Shown: positions 18,281-28,741, counted from the stretch's first letter. The stretch: DNA of 64,000 nt from a candidate division WOR-3 bacterium (GCA_965649295.1 CBFGKH010000001.1:128001-192000), one strand, 5' to 3'. The notes: generated by a model from the letters alone, not told the origin. Numbers and translations: made by a program.

Positions 18281-20113
18281 GTGGCGCGATGCTGGCTCGG
18301 CTTGCTGCTGCCGGCACTGGCACTGGCCCGCATATCGGTACCGTCAGTGCAAAGCACGGTGGACCTGGCGCCGGATGGCAGCGCACGGGTCATCGTCGAG
18401 ATAATGTGCCGGTTCGAGGGTCGGCACCCAAAGACACAGCTTGCGCTTCCGACATCTTCGCCGCGCATCCACATAAGACTAAACCGCCTCACCGAGCAGA
18501 GCGCTAGCTTCTCCGGCCAGATTCCGGATGTGATTGTCACCAAGCAAGAAGGTGAACTGGTAGTGCGTTGGAGCCCGCGCGCCAGCGATGAGACGCGGCA
18601 CTACGTCATTGACTACACGGTCGAGAATGCAGTCCGACGCTACGAGGACCTGGCGCGTATCACCTTGCCTCCTGTTGCTCGCGTGGGCGGCCCGATCGAC
18701 AGGGCACGCATCGAGCTGCACCTACCCAAGCCAACGCGCACGCTTGAACTCAAGGACAGCTCGTCAATCAGCGTAAGTCCGGACTGCCGCTCGGCGGTAA
18801 TCGAACATCGCAACGTTCCCAGAACCGACCCGCTCTGGCTTGACATCGTTACCGACGCGGACCTGTTCGACCAAGTGCCAAGGCACACCGGCAGACTGGC
18901 GGAGAACGAACAACCGGTTAGCGAGTCTAGCAGCTACCCATTCGGGCCGGTGACGACGGCGCCGCTCATACACCCGCATTTCATCCTCGTGCTGCTCCTA
19001 CTACCTTTGCTGCTCCTCGGTGTGCTCTATCTTGCCTACGGCCGCGAGCCGAGAGTACCTGGCCAGGGCCAATATGAGCATGAACCGCCGGGCCGGATTC
19101 CTCCGCTCGCCGTGCCGCCGATAATGCGCCAGCAGCCGGACCTCACCGAGCTCCCGGAACAGACTCTTGACGCAACCCTTGCCACCCTGCTCGACGCAGC
19201 CCGCCGCGGCGCACTCGAAATCGTGCCGGGCGATGCTCGAACCGGCCAGGGCCGCGGATTCCGGCTCGCGCGGCTGGACAAGTTGAAGGAACTCGACGAC
19301 CTGAGTCGTCGGGTTGTCAGCTACTACTTCGAGTGCGTTGGCGCAGGCCGGGACATCGTGACGGCCGAAGACATCCGCCGTCACGCGGCCGAACAGCCAG
19401 AAGGATTCCTGGCCTGGCTTAAGGAGATAAGCATCGGCGGCCGAGACTGGTGGTGGCATAATCTCAAGGTTGACTTTCTCGAACCACGCAGCTCCGCTGC
19501 TTACCAGTTCTTCTGCTACTCGAGCATCGCTCTGACCGCCATTGCTGGATTCCTGCTACCGCTGAGCCAGAGCTACAGCGTTCTGCGCGGCTCAGTCCGG
19601 CTGGGAGTCCTGCTCGGCATCGCCAGCGGCTTCCTTGCTGGAATCGTCTATGGCCAGCTTGGCCGCGTCATCTTGCGCTGGAGTCCGCCAGCCTACCACG
19701 AACACCGGCGCTGGCAGCGGTTCCGCCGCTTCCTTGTTGACTTCTCAGCCATCGAACAGGCACCCATCGGGCTGTCTGCCATCTGGCAGGAGTACTACGT
19801 CTATGCCGTGGCTCTCGGTATCGGCCAGAAGTTCATGCAGGGCCTGGCGAACGTGGCACCGAAGCTCAGTCTCACCGATGACCTGCTCGCTCAGACATCA
19901 GCCAGTACCGGGCAGGCGCCGCTCATTCGCTGGGGCTCAAGCTCGTCCACAGCCGTCATGCTCGGTCAGGGCATCGCTCTGCTAGTTGACTCCTTTCGAA
20001 CGGGTTCCGGAATAGTCGGCAAGCGCCTCGACCCAATGCAGCAGCTATTCTTCTGGCATGTCGGCCACAGGGGACACGTCCAGCCTGTGCCTCCCTCACC
20101 GCCGTCCATCTGA
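18281..20113 (+). CDS. DUF2207 family membrane protein
   Basis: Signal peptide, 'DGSARV', 'IDYTVENAV', 'YGREP', 'ATLLDAARRG' and 'WQRFRRFL..WQEYYVYAVALG'. Confidence 0.8.
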   Translation: MARCWLGLLLPALALARISVPSVQSTVDLAPDGSARVIVEIMCRFEGRHPKTQLALPTSSPRIHIRLNRLTEQSASFSGQIPDVIVTKQEGELVVRWSPRASDETRHYVIDYTVENAVRRYEDLARITLPPVARVGGPIDRARIELHLPKPTRTLELKDSSSISVSPDCRSAVIEHRNVPRTDPLWLDIVTDADLFDQVPRHTGRLAENEQPVSESSSYPFGPVTTAPLIHPHFILVLLLLPLLLLGVLYLAYGREPRVPGQGQYEHEPPGRIPPLAVPPIMRQQPDLTELPEQTLDATLATLLDAARRGALEIVPGDARTGQGRGFRLARLDKLKELDDLSRRVVSYYFECVGAGRDIVTAEDIRRHAAEQPEGFLAWLKEISIGGRDWWWHNLKVDFLEPRSSAAYQFFCYSSIALTAIAGFLLPLSQSYSVLRGSVRLGVLLGIASGFLAGIVYGQLGRVILRWSPPAYHEHRRWQRFRRFLVDFSAIEQAPIGLSAIWQEYYVYAVALGIGQKFMQGLANVAPKLSLTDDLLAQTSASTGQAPLIRWGSSSSTAVMLGQGIALLVDSFRTGSGIVGKRLDPMQQLFFWHVGHRGHVQPVPPSPPSI

Positions 20114-20193
20114 CAGCACGACGCTGCCGGTAGATGGCCAGAAAGGCTCATACTCCCGAAACGCGTGAACCATTGCTCTCAGACCAACGCGTC

Positions 20194-20221
20194 TTGGCAC
20201 GAGGCCAAATTGACCTATAAT
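20194..20221 (+). promoter_or_regulatory. Sigma70-like promoter
   Basis: TTGGCA-16-TATAAT, then SD 'aagga' and ATG 20242. Confidence 0.65.
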
Positions 20222-20241
20222 GCGGCTCAAAAGGAAGTGTC

Positions 20242-21672
20242 ATGAAAGTCAAACTGCGGTCGTTGCTGTTCTTGTCCGCTGTGTTCCTGCTCGCGCTGAC
20301 CGGCTGCCGCAAGAGCGGCGGGCCCGAGGGCAACTGGCAAGGCAGGCTCAAGACGCCTGGCGGCGAGCTGACTCTAGTATTCCACGTGACGCGCGATTCG
20401 GCAGGCAGGCTTGCGGCCACGATTGACAGCCCGGATCAGGGTGCGCTAGGCATCATGGTTGACACAATCCTGTTCGATGGCGGCAGGCTGCTGCTCAAGG
20501 TCAACCAGATTCGCGGTCTCTTTGAGGGCACGCTTTCGCAGGACGGCAGCCTACTCAAAGGCTGCTGGCGCCAGGGCCCATTCTCGCTGCCCCTGACAAT
20601 GAAACGCGCTGACAAAGCTACTACAGAACTGAAGCGACCGCAGGAACCGAAACCACCCTACCCGTACCGCGAAGAAGAAGTCACCATTGCCAATCCAGCA
20701 GCCGGGCTGAAGCTTGCCGGTACGCTCACCCTGCCTAACTCAGGCGGGCCGTTCCCGGCAGTCGTGCTCATTACTGGCTCAGGCCCCCAGAACCGAGATG
20801 AGGAGGTCTTCGGGCACAAACCCTTCCTTGTCATCGCCGACTACCTGACTCGTCGCGGTATCGCGGTGCTACGCTGCGATGACCGGGGTATAGGCGGGTC
20901 CACCGGTGACCACCAGAGCGCCACGACCCAAGATTTCGCCAGCGACGTACTTGCCCAAGTCCGGTGGCTCAAGAGCCGCCAGGAGATTGACCCGAAGCGC
21001 ATCGGTCTGCTCGGCCATTCCGAAGGCGGAGTCATCGCGCCGATTGTCGCAAACCAGTCAAAGGACTTGGCCTTCGTTATCCTCATGGCCGGGACTGGAC
21101 TGCGGGGCGACTCGGTGCTGGTGCTGCAGGCTGGACTCGTTGCCAAGTCACAGGGGATTGACGACTCTGCTGTCGCCAGCGTCAAAAGGAACCAACGGCG
21201 CGTGCTGGACATACTGCTGGCGGGCAAGGATAGCGCTGCCACGGTCGCGGCCTTGCGAGCGGCGATGACCGAGATAGTGGCATCAATGGGTGAGAAAGAG
21301 AAACAGGCGATGGGGATATCCGCAGCTACTATTGACCAACAGATTGACGCCGTGATGTCGCCCTGGTTTCGCTACTTCGTCGCTTACGACCCGGCACCCG
21401 CGCTTCGCAGCCTGCGGATACCAGTTCTCGCGGTTGCCGGTGAACGCGACGTTCAGGTTGCTCCAACCGAGAATCTCACTGCTATCGAAACTGCACTCAG
21501 GACTGGCGGCAATAAGAACTACCGCGTCCAGGTCCTGCCCGGTCTCAACCATCTGTTTCAGACCGCCACGACCGGCGCCATCACCGAATACGCGAAGATT
21601 GAGGAAACAATTGCGCCAGCGGCGCTCCAGCTCTTCGGCGACTGGATTCTCGCCATCACTGGGCAGCGTTGA
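20242..21672 (+). CDS. Alpha/beta hydrolase lipoprotein
   Basis: Lipobox LTGC, RPQEP..PYPY, GSGPQNRDE, DDRG, GHSEGG nucleophile, D in GERDVQV and LNHLFQ. Confidence 0.9.
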   Translation: MKVKLRSLLFLSAVFLLALTGCRKSGGPEGNWQGRLKTPGGELTLVFHVTRDSAGRLAATIDSPDQGALGIMVDTILFDGGRLLLKVNQIRGLFEGTLSQDGSLLKGCWRQGPFSLPLTMKRADKATTELKRPQEPKPPYPYREEEVTIANPAAGLKLAGTLTLPNSGGPFPAVVLITGSGPQNRDEEVFGHKPFLVIADYLTRRGIAVLRCDDRGIGGSTGDHQSATTQDFASDVLAQVRWLKSRQEIDPKRIGLLGHSEGGVIAPIVANQSKDLAFVILMAGTGLRGDSVLVLQAGLVAKSQGIDDSAVASVKRNQRRVLDILLAGKDSAATVAALRAAMTEIVASMGEKEKQAMGISAATIDQQIDAVMSPWFRYFVAYDPAPALRSLRIPVLAVAGERDVQVAPTENLTAIETALRTGGNKNYRVQVLPGLNHLFQTATTGAITEYAKIEETIAPAALQLFGDWILAITGQR

Positions 21673-21696
21673 CTTGCGACAAGAGCGAACTACAAT
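21669..21696 (+). promoter_or_regulatory. Sigma70-like promoter (purN operon), probably leaderless
   Basis: TTGACT-16-TACAAT, 6 nt to ATG 21703, no SD. Confidence 0.72.
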
Positions 21697-21702
21697 CGGC
21701 TT

Positions 21703-22326
21703 ATGGCGAACATTGGGATTGCTGTGCTTGCTTCCGGCCGAGGCTCAAACTTTGAGGCCTTGGCCAAGGCATTGCCGCACCGGAACGTCGAAGCCGAACT
21801 ACGCCTGGTCATCGCCAACGTACCCGACGCACCCGTGCTCGGCCGGGCTGCCAAACTCGGCATCCCCGCCAAGGTCATCAATCACCGCGACTACCGAAAC
21901 CGGGCCGACTTCGAAAAGGCCCTGATTGCTGAACTGGAACGCTTCGACATCAACCTCGTCTGCCTGGCCGGCTTCATGCGCATCCTTTCTCCGGTCTTTG
22001 TTGACCGCTATCCCAACCGGATTCTCAATATTCATCCCTCACTGCTACCGGCTTTTGCTGGCCTGCAGGGAATGCAGGTGCATGAGGCGGTAATCGCTGC
22101 TGGTGTCAAGATTACCGGTTGCACGGTTCACTTTGTCACCAACGACCTTGACGCCGGACCGATTGTCGTGCAGCGAGCAATACCGGTGCGCGAGGACGAC
22201 ACCCCCCAGTCACTGGCAGTGCGGGTTCTGGTCGAGGAACACCAGGCCTACCCGGACGCGGTCGAGCTTTTCTGCGCTGGCCGGCTAGTTGTCGAAGGAC
22301 GGCGCGTGCGGGTCTTGCCGGCATGA
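21703..22326 (+). CDS. purN: Phosphoribosylglycinamide formyltransferase
   Basis: VLASGRGSNF, LAGFMRIL, NIHPSLLP and GCTVHFV...DAGPIV. Confidence 0.96.
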   Translation: MANIGIAVLASGRGSNFEALAKALPHRNVEAELRLVIANVPDAPVLGRAAKLGIPAKVINHRDYRNRADFEKALIAELERFDINLVCLAGFMRILSPVFVDRYPNRILNIHPSLLPAFAGLQGMQVHEAVIAAGVKITGCTVHFVTNDLDAGPIVVQRAIPVREDDTPQSLAVRVLVEEHQAYPDAVELFCAGRLVVEGRRVRVLPA

Positions 22327-23345
22327 ATCGGCCGGTCCGAGTGGCGATTGTCGGCTGTGGTGCTCAGGCCCAGCTTGCTCATATCCCAGTCCTCAAAGCC
22401 AGCCCTGGCGCCCAGCTCGTTGCCCTTTGCGACAACGATGTCCGCAAGCTCAACAGCCTCTGCGACCTGCACAACATCCCCCGCCGCTTCACTGACTTCG
22501 ATGACCTGAAAGAGGCTACGGACATTGACGCGGTCATCATTGCTACTCCCAACCACCTTCACGCGCCGATGGCAATCGCTGCCCTGCAATACGGTAAAGA
22601 CGTGCTCTGCGAGATGCCCCTTGGCCTCGACCCAACTGAAGCCGAGAGCGTCGTCGCCGCCGCTGCCCGGCACGGTCGGCACCTGATGCCTTGTCTGCCC
22701 ACCCGGCTGCGACCTGATGTCCAGACCATTCGACGCTTCATTGACGGTGGCGAGCTGGGCCGTCTCCATTACTGTAAGGCCGGTTGGCTGCAGGGTCGCG
22801 ACTCGTGGTCATTGTCCGGCTGGCGCGCACACCGGTTGCGAGCTGGCGGCGGTGCGTTCCTCCTGCTCGGTGTGCCGGTACTCGACGCCGCGCTAGCCCT
22901 GCTTGCGCCGGCCCGGCCGGTGTCAGTTGTCGGCAGCGCCCACCATCGCAGTTCCCAGTCTGACGTCGAGGACACTGCCTTCGCGATGATCCGCTTTGAG
23001 AATGACATTCTGCTCACCGTCGAGGTTGGCTGGAGTCTGCTTCAGGAAAAGGACTTCACCTATCTCAACCTGATGGGAAGCACTGGCGCGGCTCTTCTCA
23101 ACCCGGTCCAGATTCACAAAGAGATGCACGGCCATCTAGTGGATGTCACACCGCGAATGTCAACAAGGGAGCTCGACCGCGCTGCCCATCGGCTGCTTAT
23201 CAATCTATGGCTCGACGCCCTTGTTCGTAACGCCGTACCGGCGGTCTCACCGAACGAGGCTGTACTCATTAGCCGCATTGTTGCGGCCTTCTACGAATCA
23301 CAGAAGTCCCGGTGCGAAGTCCCGCTGCCACCAGCCAGGCCCTAA
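22323..23345 (+). CDS. Gfo/Idh/MocA family oxidoreductase
   Basis: VAIVGCG, IATPNHLH, VLCEMP (canonically EKP), GGGA and VEDTA. Confidence 0.88.
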   Translation: MNRPVRVAIVGCGAQAQLAHIPVLKASPGAQLVALCDNDVRKLNSLCDLHNIPRRFTDFDDLKEATDIDAVIIATPNHLHAPMAIAALQYGKDVLCEMPLGLDPTEAESVVAAAARHGRHLMPCLPTRLRPDVQTIRRFIDGGELGRLHYCKAGWLQGRDSWSLSGWRAHRLRAGGGAFLLLGVPVLDAALALLAPARPVSVVGSAHHRSSQSDVEDTAFAMIRFENDILLTVEVGWSLLQEKDFTYLNLMGSTGAALLNPVQIHKEMHGHLVDVTPRMSTRELDRAAHRLLINLWLDALVRNAVPAVSPNEAVLISRIVAAFYESQKSRCEVPLPPARP

Positions 23346-24847
23346 TTCTCGCCCTGGCCGGGCTTTGCCTTGGCCTTGCCTTCGCACCATTCCCCTGTCG
23401 GTTTTTTGCCTTTGGGGCGCTGGTGCCGCTGCTCTGGGTGAGCCAGCGTGCTACGCCAGGCCGCGCCTTTCTCTGGGGCTGGTTTTTCGGTTCGGTCGCG
23501 GCACTGTTCCACTTCTTCTGGCTCTGGTTTCTTGTAGTTCCAGTCGAGCCGATTACCCGCCTGCTGCTCAACGGCGGCGTGGTCTTGCTGTTTGCCTACC
23601 TTGGGCTCTATCCGGCCCTGTTCAGCCTCGCGGTGCGCCGGCTAGGCATCTGGTCTGCTCCCCTGGTCTGGCCGCTACTCGAATACGGCCGGTCCCGACT
23701 TCAGATTGCGTTCCCCTGGGACCTGCTCGGCTACACGATGACACCCTGGACACCCTTCATTCAACCCGCTGCCCTCGGCGGCATCTACCTTGTCTCCGCC
23801 TGGCTCGTGCTAACCAACGTCCTCCTCTATCATGTCCTGTTCTCGACACCGGCAGTCAGCACTTCCAATCACCGGTCAGCAGTCAGGCTCCGCGCTGCGA
23901 TTGCGCTTGCCGTTGCTCTGGTCGTCCCGTTCTTTGCCGGCCTTGTCCGGATGAAGCCGCTGCCAGACTGGTTCCGAGTCGCAATCGTCCAACCCAACGT
24001 CTCGCCGCTCGACAAGGGTGACTGGTCGTCCCGCGAAAGAATCCAGGCTGACCTTATCCGCCTCACCAAAGAGGCCGCTGTCAGCCGACCTGACCTGATT
24101 CTCTTCCCCGAAACTGCCACCTTGGTTGACGTCACTCGTTCCGGCACGATTGGCACGGCCCTGCAGGAACTAGTTGACTCATTGCGCATCGAAATCCTTA
24201 CCGGCTCACCGCTTCAGGACCGCCAGACCAATGCCTGGCACAACGGCGCGGTTCTGCTCCGACCCGGCGAGTGGCCCCCGGCTCAACGCTACTACAAAAT
24301 GCGACTCACCCCGTTCTCAGAAAAGATTCCCTATGCCGATGAACTGCCCATCCTCCGTCGCCTGATTGGTACTGCTGACATGGGCGACTGGCAGCGGGGC
24401 CACGACCTGACCGTCTTCAACTGGCGCTGCGGCACACTGGCTGCGCTCATCTGCATCGAGGCTATTCATCCTGACCATGCCCGGGCCCTAGCCAAGGCTG
24501 GTGCCCACCTGCTTGCTGTCATTACCAATGACGGCTGGTTTGGTCGCATCCTCGGTGCCCAGCAGCACGCTGAACTCCATCTCCTCCGCGCTGTCGAGAA
24601 CGGTCTGCCAATGATTCGCAGTGCCAATAACGGCATCTCCTACATTGCCGATCCGTATGGCCGCATCACCGCTGCCACCAAGCTCGAGGTCCAGACCGTG
24701 CTCGTCGGCACAGTCAAACAGCCCTTGGCCCAGACTCCCTATCGCCGCTATGGCGACTGGTTCATCATCGTCTGTCTCATCGCCACGCTGGTGCTCGCTA
24801 TCAAAGAGGTAGCGGGCAGCATCGCTGCCCGCCGCCGCTCGCACTAG
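23312..24847 (+). CDS. lnt: Apolipoprotein N-acyltransferase
   Basis: Multi-TM N-terminus, FPW..LGY, VQPN, FPET, YYKMRLTPFSE, ICIE, TNDGWF and RAVENG..IRSANNGIS. Confidence 0.93.
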   Translation: MRSPAATSQALILALAGLCLGLAFAPFPCRFFAFGALVPLLWVSQRATPGRAFLWGWFFGSVAALFHFFWLWFLVVPVEPITRLLLNGGVVLLFAYLGLYPALFSLAVRRLGIWSAPLVWPLLEYGRSRLQIAFPWDLLGYTMTPWTPFIQPAALGGIYLVSAWLVLTNVLLYHVLFSTPAVSTSNHRSAVRLRAAIALAVALVVPFFAGLVRMKPLPDWFRVAIVQPNVSPLDKGDWSSRERIQADLIRLTKEAAVSRPDLILFPETATLVDVTRSGTIGTALQELVDSLRIEILTGSPLQDRQTNAWHNGAVLLRPGEWPPAQRYYKMRLTPFSEKIPYADELPILRRLIGTADMGDWQRGHDLTVFNWRCGTLAALICIEAIHPDHARALAKAGAHLLAVITNDGWFGRILGAQQHAELHLLRAVENGLPMIRSANNGISYIADPYGRITAATKLEVQTVLVGTVKQPLAQTPYRRYGDWFIIVCLIATLVLAIKEVAGSIAARRRSH

Positions 24848-24853
24848 AAACTC

Positions 24854-26476
24854 CTAGTTCAGCTTCACTGCTAGCACAACCGGCTTTGTGACTGTCTCAG
24901 TCCTACCGTCCCCACGCGCGGCCTTAGCATTGACCAAGTAGATACCAGCTGGCTTGGGCCGACCCAGCCGGTCGGTCCCATCCCAACGCAGTTCATAGAA
25001 CCCGCCTGACCCATTATCAAGCAGCTCGCGCACCAGCCGACCCTCCCGATCAAATATGTCAACGTCAATTCGATAGCCACTGGTCGGCGAATTAACGTAG
25101 ATCTTCGCAGTCTGACCAAGCTCGCGCACAAACGACTGCGGCACAATCGAATCGATGACCAGACCCAGTGTCTCCTGTGGATACGAAGCAGCCACATCAA
25201 CCACGTCCGACAGAAAACGTGGCATCAACTGATAACCACTCGTATAAGGCTCGCTACTGTCATACTGGCCGACAATACCGGTCACCCGCACCCGCCTTCC
25301 CCTGATGCCAAGCCAAGACGGCGGCACGAATGCGGTATTGTTGATGCGCAGGGCAATCGCCGCTGAGCCATTCTTTACCGTCATATTGTAGCCCGGCCCA
25401 GACTGATACGGCGCCTGCACGACATCAGCCGTCACCCAGACAAGGTCACTCTCCATCCGCTCGGTCAGACTCACATTGAACGGCAGCTCGCGCGGTGCGA
25501 TGATATTCCTGGTCGTATCAACCAGCACCATTGCGCCGTTGGCCAGTTCGGTCAGACCGTTATACTCAGTGACCGTGCCGATGACCTCCCAGTAGGCACC
25601 AAGCGAGTCAAGCCACCCGACCTGACCGGAATCATAGCTGCCACCGTAAACGTTCACCCCAGCAGTTGAGTCCTGCAGGTACCAGCTCTTCGCTCCGCTG
25701 GTGAAAACATAGGCTGGCCCGCTAACCCAGCCACGCACCCGTACCATCTGGCCGATGCGGGCCGGTGTTACGCCGTCCGGTCCAGCCGCCTGCACCGATT
25801 CAATCGGCAGAATCGGCATGTCCATCGCCGTGCGCGAAAAATCAGACCGGTAGCGCGGCAGCATCTGGTATCCGGTCAGCGGCCGGGTTGTGTCTGAGCA
25901 ATACTGGCTCTTGATTGCGGTCAGCGTGAAGGTGTCGTTCAGCAGCACTAAGCCAGCCAGTCGCGTGTCGGCGTCAATCCGCATCTGCGTCGTCCCTGTC
26001 TGGTCCTGGATGTTGTAGTTAGTGTTCGCCGCAAGAATCAAGGCCGTCGTTGTCACGCCGACAAACCTCACTAGCTCGCCCTCATACTGCTCGCCATTTG
26101 CGTCCGCACAGGTCAGGATGCGCGGCTCGGGCAGGGGCCGGTCGCTGGCCAGACGGGTGATAACGGCATTATCAACCTCGGTCTTGCCCCGATACCACTG
26201 AACCCGGCCTGTAACCAGTACGCTGTCGCCAAGATTCGCATCCTGCATCGTGAAGCTGAACACGTTCACCCCGGCCGAGGTGTCCTGGACATAGATGTCA
26301 GTGTAACGCTGATCAAAGAGACTGTCCGGTGCGGTCACGATGCCGGTGATGGTGACTGTCTGTCCGCGCCGGTCTGGCTTACCGTCGCCGTTGGCATCAA
26401 CGATAACCGCCCGAATCGGCTCCTGTGCCAGCACCACACCGGCCAGCAGTAATGTCAGGAATACCCATCGCTTCAT
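24854..26476 (-). CDS. Secreted protein with repeated OB-fold-like domains and FlgD-Ig C-terminal domain
   Basis: Signal peptide, repeated 'YVQDTSAGVNV / YLQDSTAGVNV' and 'YQMLPR / YQLMPR', and C-terminal 'IFDREGRLVREL..WDGTD..G...GIYLV'. Confidence 0.75.
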   Translation of the reverse strand: MKRWVFLTLLLAGVVLAQEPIRAVIVDANGDGKPDRRGQTVTITGIVTAPDSLFDQRYTDIYVQDTSAGVNVFSFTMQDANLGDSVLVTGRVQWYRGKTEVDNAVITRLASDRPLPEPRILTCADANGEQYEGELVRFVGVTTTALILAANTNYNIQDQTGTTQMRIDADTRLAGLVLLNDTFTLTAIKSQYCSDTTRPLTGYQMLPRYRSDFSRTAMDMPILPIESVQAAGPDGVTPARIGQMVRVRGWVSGPAYVFTSGAKSWYLQDSTAGVNVYGGSYDSGQVGWLDSLGAYWEVIGTVTEYNGLTELANGAMVLVDTTRNIIAPRELPFNVSLTERMESDLVWVTADVVQAPYQSGPGYNMTVKNGSAAIALRINNTAFVPPSWLGIRGRRVRVTGIVGQYDSSEPYTSGYQLMPRFLSDVVDVAASYPQETLGLVIDSIVPQSFVRELGQTAKIYVNSPTSGYRIDVDIFDREGRLVRELLDNGSGGFYELRWDGTDRLGRPKPAGIYLVNAKAARGDGRTETVTKPVVLAVKLN

Positions 26477-27735
26477 CGCTTCAACTCCTTTTCGACCAAT
26501 GCTGCTGCTTCATCCAGCGCTGCCTTGGCCGTAGCCTCACCGCGCATCACTTTCTCCAGGGCGTCGCCGAGAATCCGCCGACCGCCGAACCAAGCCTCGC
26601 TCTTCGGCTCGAAAGAGACATACTCAAGCTGCTCCAGCACTTCGCTCAACCCAGACGTCGTCCGCAGCACTTCCTGATAGACCGGCAGCCCGATTGACGA
26701 CCGCCGGGCCGGCACATAGAAGGTTCGGACTGCCCATTCGGCCTGCTGCTCGGGTGCCGTGAACCACTTGATAAACTTCCAACCAGCCGCAACCTGTTCT
26801 GGTTTCGCTCCCCGGAATATGCCGATGTTGGTGCCAAACGAGAGCACATTCGGCTTGTCCCAACGTGGCACTCGGGCCATGCCAACCGGAAAGGTCATGC
26901 TCTGCTTCATAAACACCCACGAGACTGACGTCCCCCAGATGCAGCCGAGCTTACCGGAAAGGAAATCGTTTTGCGGGTCATAGCCCGTGCTGAAGGTGGC
27001 AACTGAATCACGGGCCACCAGGTCATGCATAAACTGGGCCGCCCGCACCCCGGCTGCCGAATTGAACAGTGCCCGGCCTGCCGCCTCGTCCAGGAAATCA
27101 CCGCCCAGTTGACGCAGCATGCAGCCAAACATCCACTCGTTCACTCCGCCGGCCGTACCCCAAACTCCCTTCTGGCGATCAGTCAGCTTCCGGCACATCT
27201 CCCGGAAATCCTCCCAGGTCTCGGGAAAACGGTCATACCCGGCCTGCCGGAGCATCTCGACATTATAGAAGAAGACCGGCACTGACTTGTTGAACGGCAG
27301 TGTTATCAGCTTTCCGTCCCACGAATTGTCATCAATGAAAGCCGGATAGAAATCAGCCAGCTCTGCGGCACCAAGCCCGTCTGGCCCATGCACGAGCGAG
27401 TCAAGCGGCACCAGCTTGTCTAGACCAAGAAACTGGGTTGTCCAAGATTCATACATCTGGGCAATCACCGGCGGCGCATTGACCTGCACTGCGCCCATTA
27501 GCTTCTGCGACAAGGTCGAGTAACCGCCCATCGAGACCGGCACGATGTCAATATCGGGATGGGCTGCTTCAAAACGCTGCACCATCGAGTCGAGCGCATC
27601 GCCCAGCGGCCCACCCATCGCGTGCCAGAAGGTCACCTCGACCCGCCCTTTTGGGCTTCTACCCGAACCGCCGCAGCCGAACAAAAAGGCCGCAACCAAG
27701 GCGGCCCCCAATAGCCTGAAGATGTTAGATTTCAT
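26473..27735 (-). CDS. ABC transporter substrate-binding lipoprotein (UgpB-like, family 1)
   Basis: Lipobox LFGC, VTFWHAMGG, LPFNKS, PETWED and WKFIKW. Confidence 0.9.
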   Translation of the reverse strand: MKSNIFRLLGAALVAAFLFGCGGSGRSPKGRVEVTFWHAMGGPLGDALDSMVQRFEAAHPDIDIVPVSMGGYSTLSQKLMGAVQVNAPPVIAQMYESWTTQFLGLDKLVPLDSLVHGPDGLGAAELADFYPAFIDDNSWDGKLITLPFNKSVPVFFYNVEMLRQAGYDRFPETWEDFREMCRKLTDRQKGVWGTAGGVNEWMFGCMLRQLGGDFLDEAAGRALFNSAAGVRAAQFMHDLVARDSVATFSTGYDPQNDFLSGKLGCIWGTSVSWVFMKQSMTFPVGMARVPRWDKPNVLSFGTNIGIFRGAKPEQVAAGWKFIKWFTAPEQQAEWAVRTFYVPARRSSIGLPVYQEVLRTTSGLSEVLEQLEYVSFEPKSEAWFGGRRILGDALEKVMRGEATAKAALDEAAALVEKELKR

Positions 27736-27741
27736 CCGGCC

Positions 27742-27769
27742 ATTCTAACCCTCACCTTCTGTGAGTCAA
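27742..27769 (-). promoter_or_regulatory. Sigma70-like promoter, probably leaderless
   Basis: TTGACT-16-TAGAAT, 6 nt to ATG 27735. Confidence 0.72.
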
Positions 27770-27801
27770 ATCACCGCCGGTCGCGATTCCGAACCAGACG
27801 C

Positions 27802-28359
27802 TCAGCGTCGGTATGTCCCCATCACGCTCGCCTGACCGAGGATATGGCCTGCCATCGCCTGCATTAGCTGGCCGGCAGTGGCCGACTGCCCCAGTTCAAG
27901 CTTAGTATCCAGCGCATAGATGTCAAAATAGTAGCGATGAGTCCCGGCTGGCGGCCGCGGCCCGCCATAGCCGACACGACCAAAATCGTTCTGCCCCTCA
28001 ACTATGCCAGACAACAACCGCGCCGAGCCTGACACCCCCTCTTCCAGCCGCTGCAGGTCCGGCGGGATATTGAAAATAATCCAGTGAGTGAACGTCCGGC
28101 CCGGTGCATCCGGGTCTCGGCAGACGATCGCCAGACTCTTCGTACCAGCCGGCACATTCTCCCAGTGCAGCTCGGGCGAGATATTCTCGCCGTAGCTGGA
28201 AAACCGTTTCGGTATTGGCTGGCCCGGCGTAAACGAGGCCGACGCAATGCTCATACTCGTCGGCGACGTAGCCCTGACTGCCGGTTCGACCGACTTCGGG
28301 CCCGGCGGCGCACCGCACCCAGCCAGCAACAGAATCACAAGCAGCAGTCCTAAAGCCAT
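27802..28359 (-). CDS. YbhB/YbcL (PEBP / Raf kinase inhibitor-like) lipoprotein
   Basis: NISPELHW, DPDAP, FTHW, GQNDFG..GYGGPRPP and HRYYF. ATG 28359 with SD 'gaggagg'; lipobox LAGC. Confidence 0.93.
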   Translation of the reverse strand: MALGLLLVILLLAGCGAPPGPKSVEPAVRATSPTSMSIASASFTPGQPIPKRFSSYGENISPELHWENVPAGTKSLAIVCRDPDAPGRTFTHWIIFNIPPDLQRLEEGVSGSARLLSGIVEGQNDFGRVGYGGPRPPAGTHRYYFDIYALDTKLELGQSATAGQLMQAMAGHILGQASVMGTYRR

Positions 28360-28449
28360 TATGCCTCCTCGAATCAGGCTAATCCTCAATACCAGTCTGT
28401 CAATAGCAGGGAACAACCAAAGCAGCAGAGCAAACCCCGCTACTAGCCG

Positions 28450-28741
28450 CGTACACAGGCCCTCAGACCAGGTTCTGTCTAGGAGTGTCGCTGGCCTGGG
28501 ACCGAGCCTATCTGGAGACCCCCCTTCCCACGCTACTCAGAGTAGCTCATCAATCTCATCTCGGAGCCTAATCGGCAGCCCTGACCGAAACCTGGTACAG
28601 AACAGGCTTGCAGACCGAACGACAAGGAACCCTGGAAAGCTTTCCCCTAGCATCTTGGCAAGGCCACTAGCGAACAGTCCCGGGGACAAGGGAGGGGTAG
28701 CAAGCCAAGAGTCAGCTATCAGATTGTTGCAGCGCGACTTA
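28450..28741 (+). repeat. 12-nt periodic degenerate array with terminal motif, copy B
   Basis: Units cggagcctaatc/ggcagccctgac/cgaaacctggta/.../gcgaacagtccc/ggggac, then 28 nt, then ctatcagattgttgcagcgcgactta (28716-28741). Confidence 0.55.
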
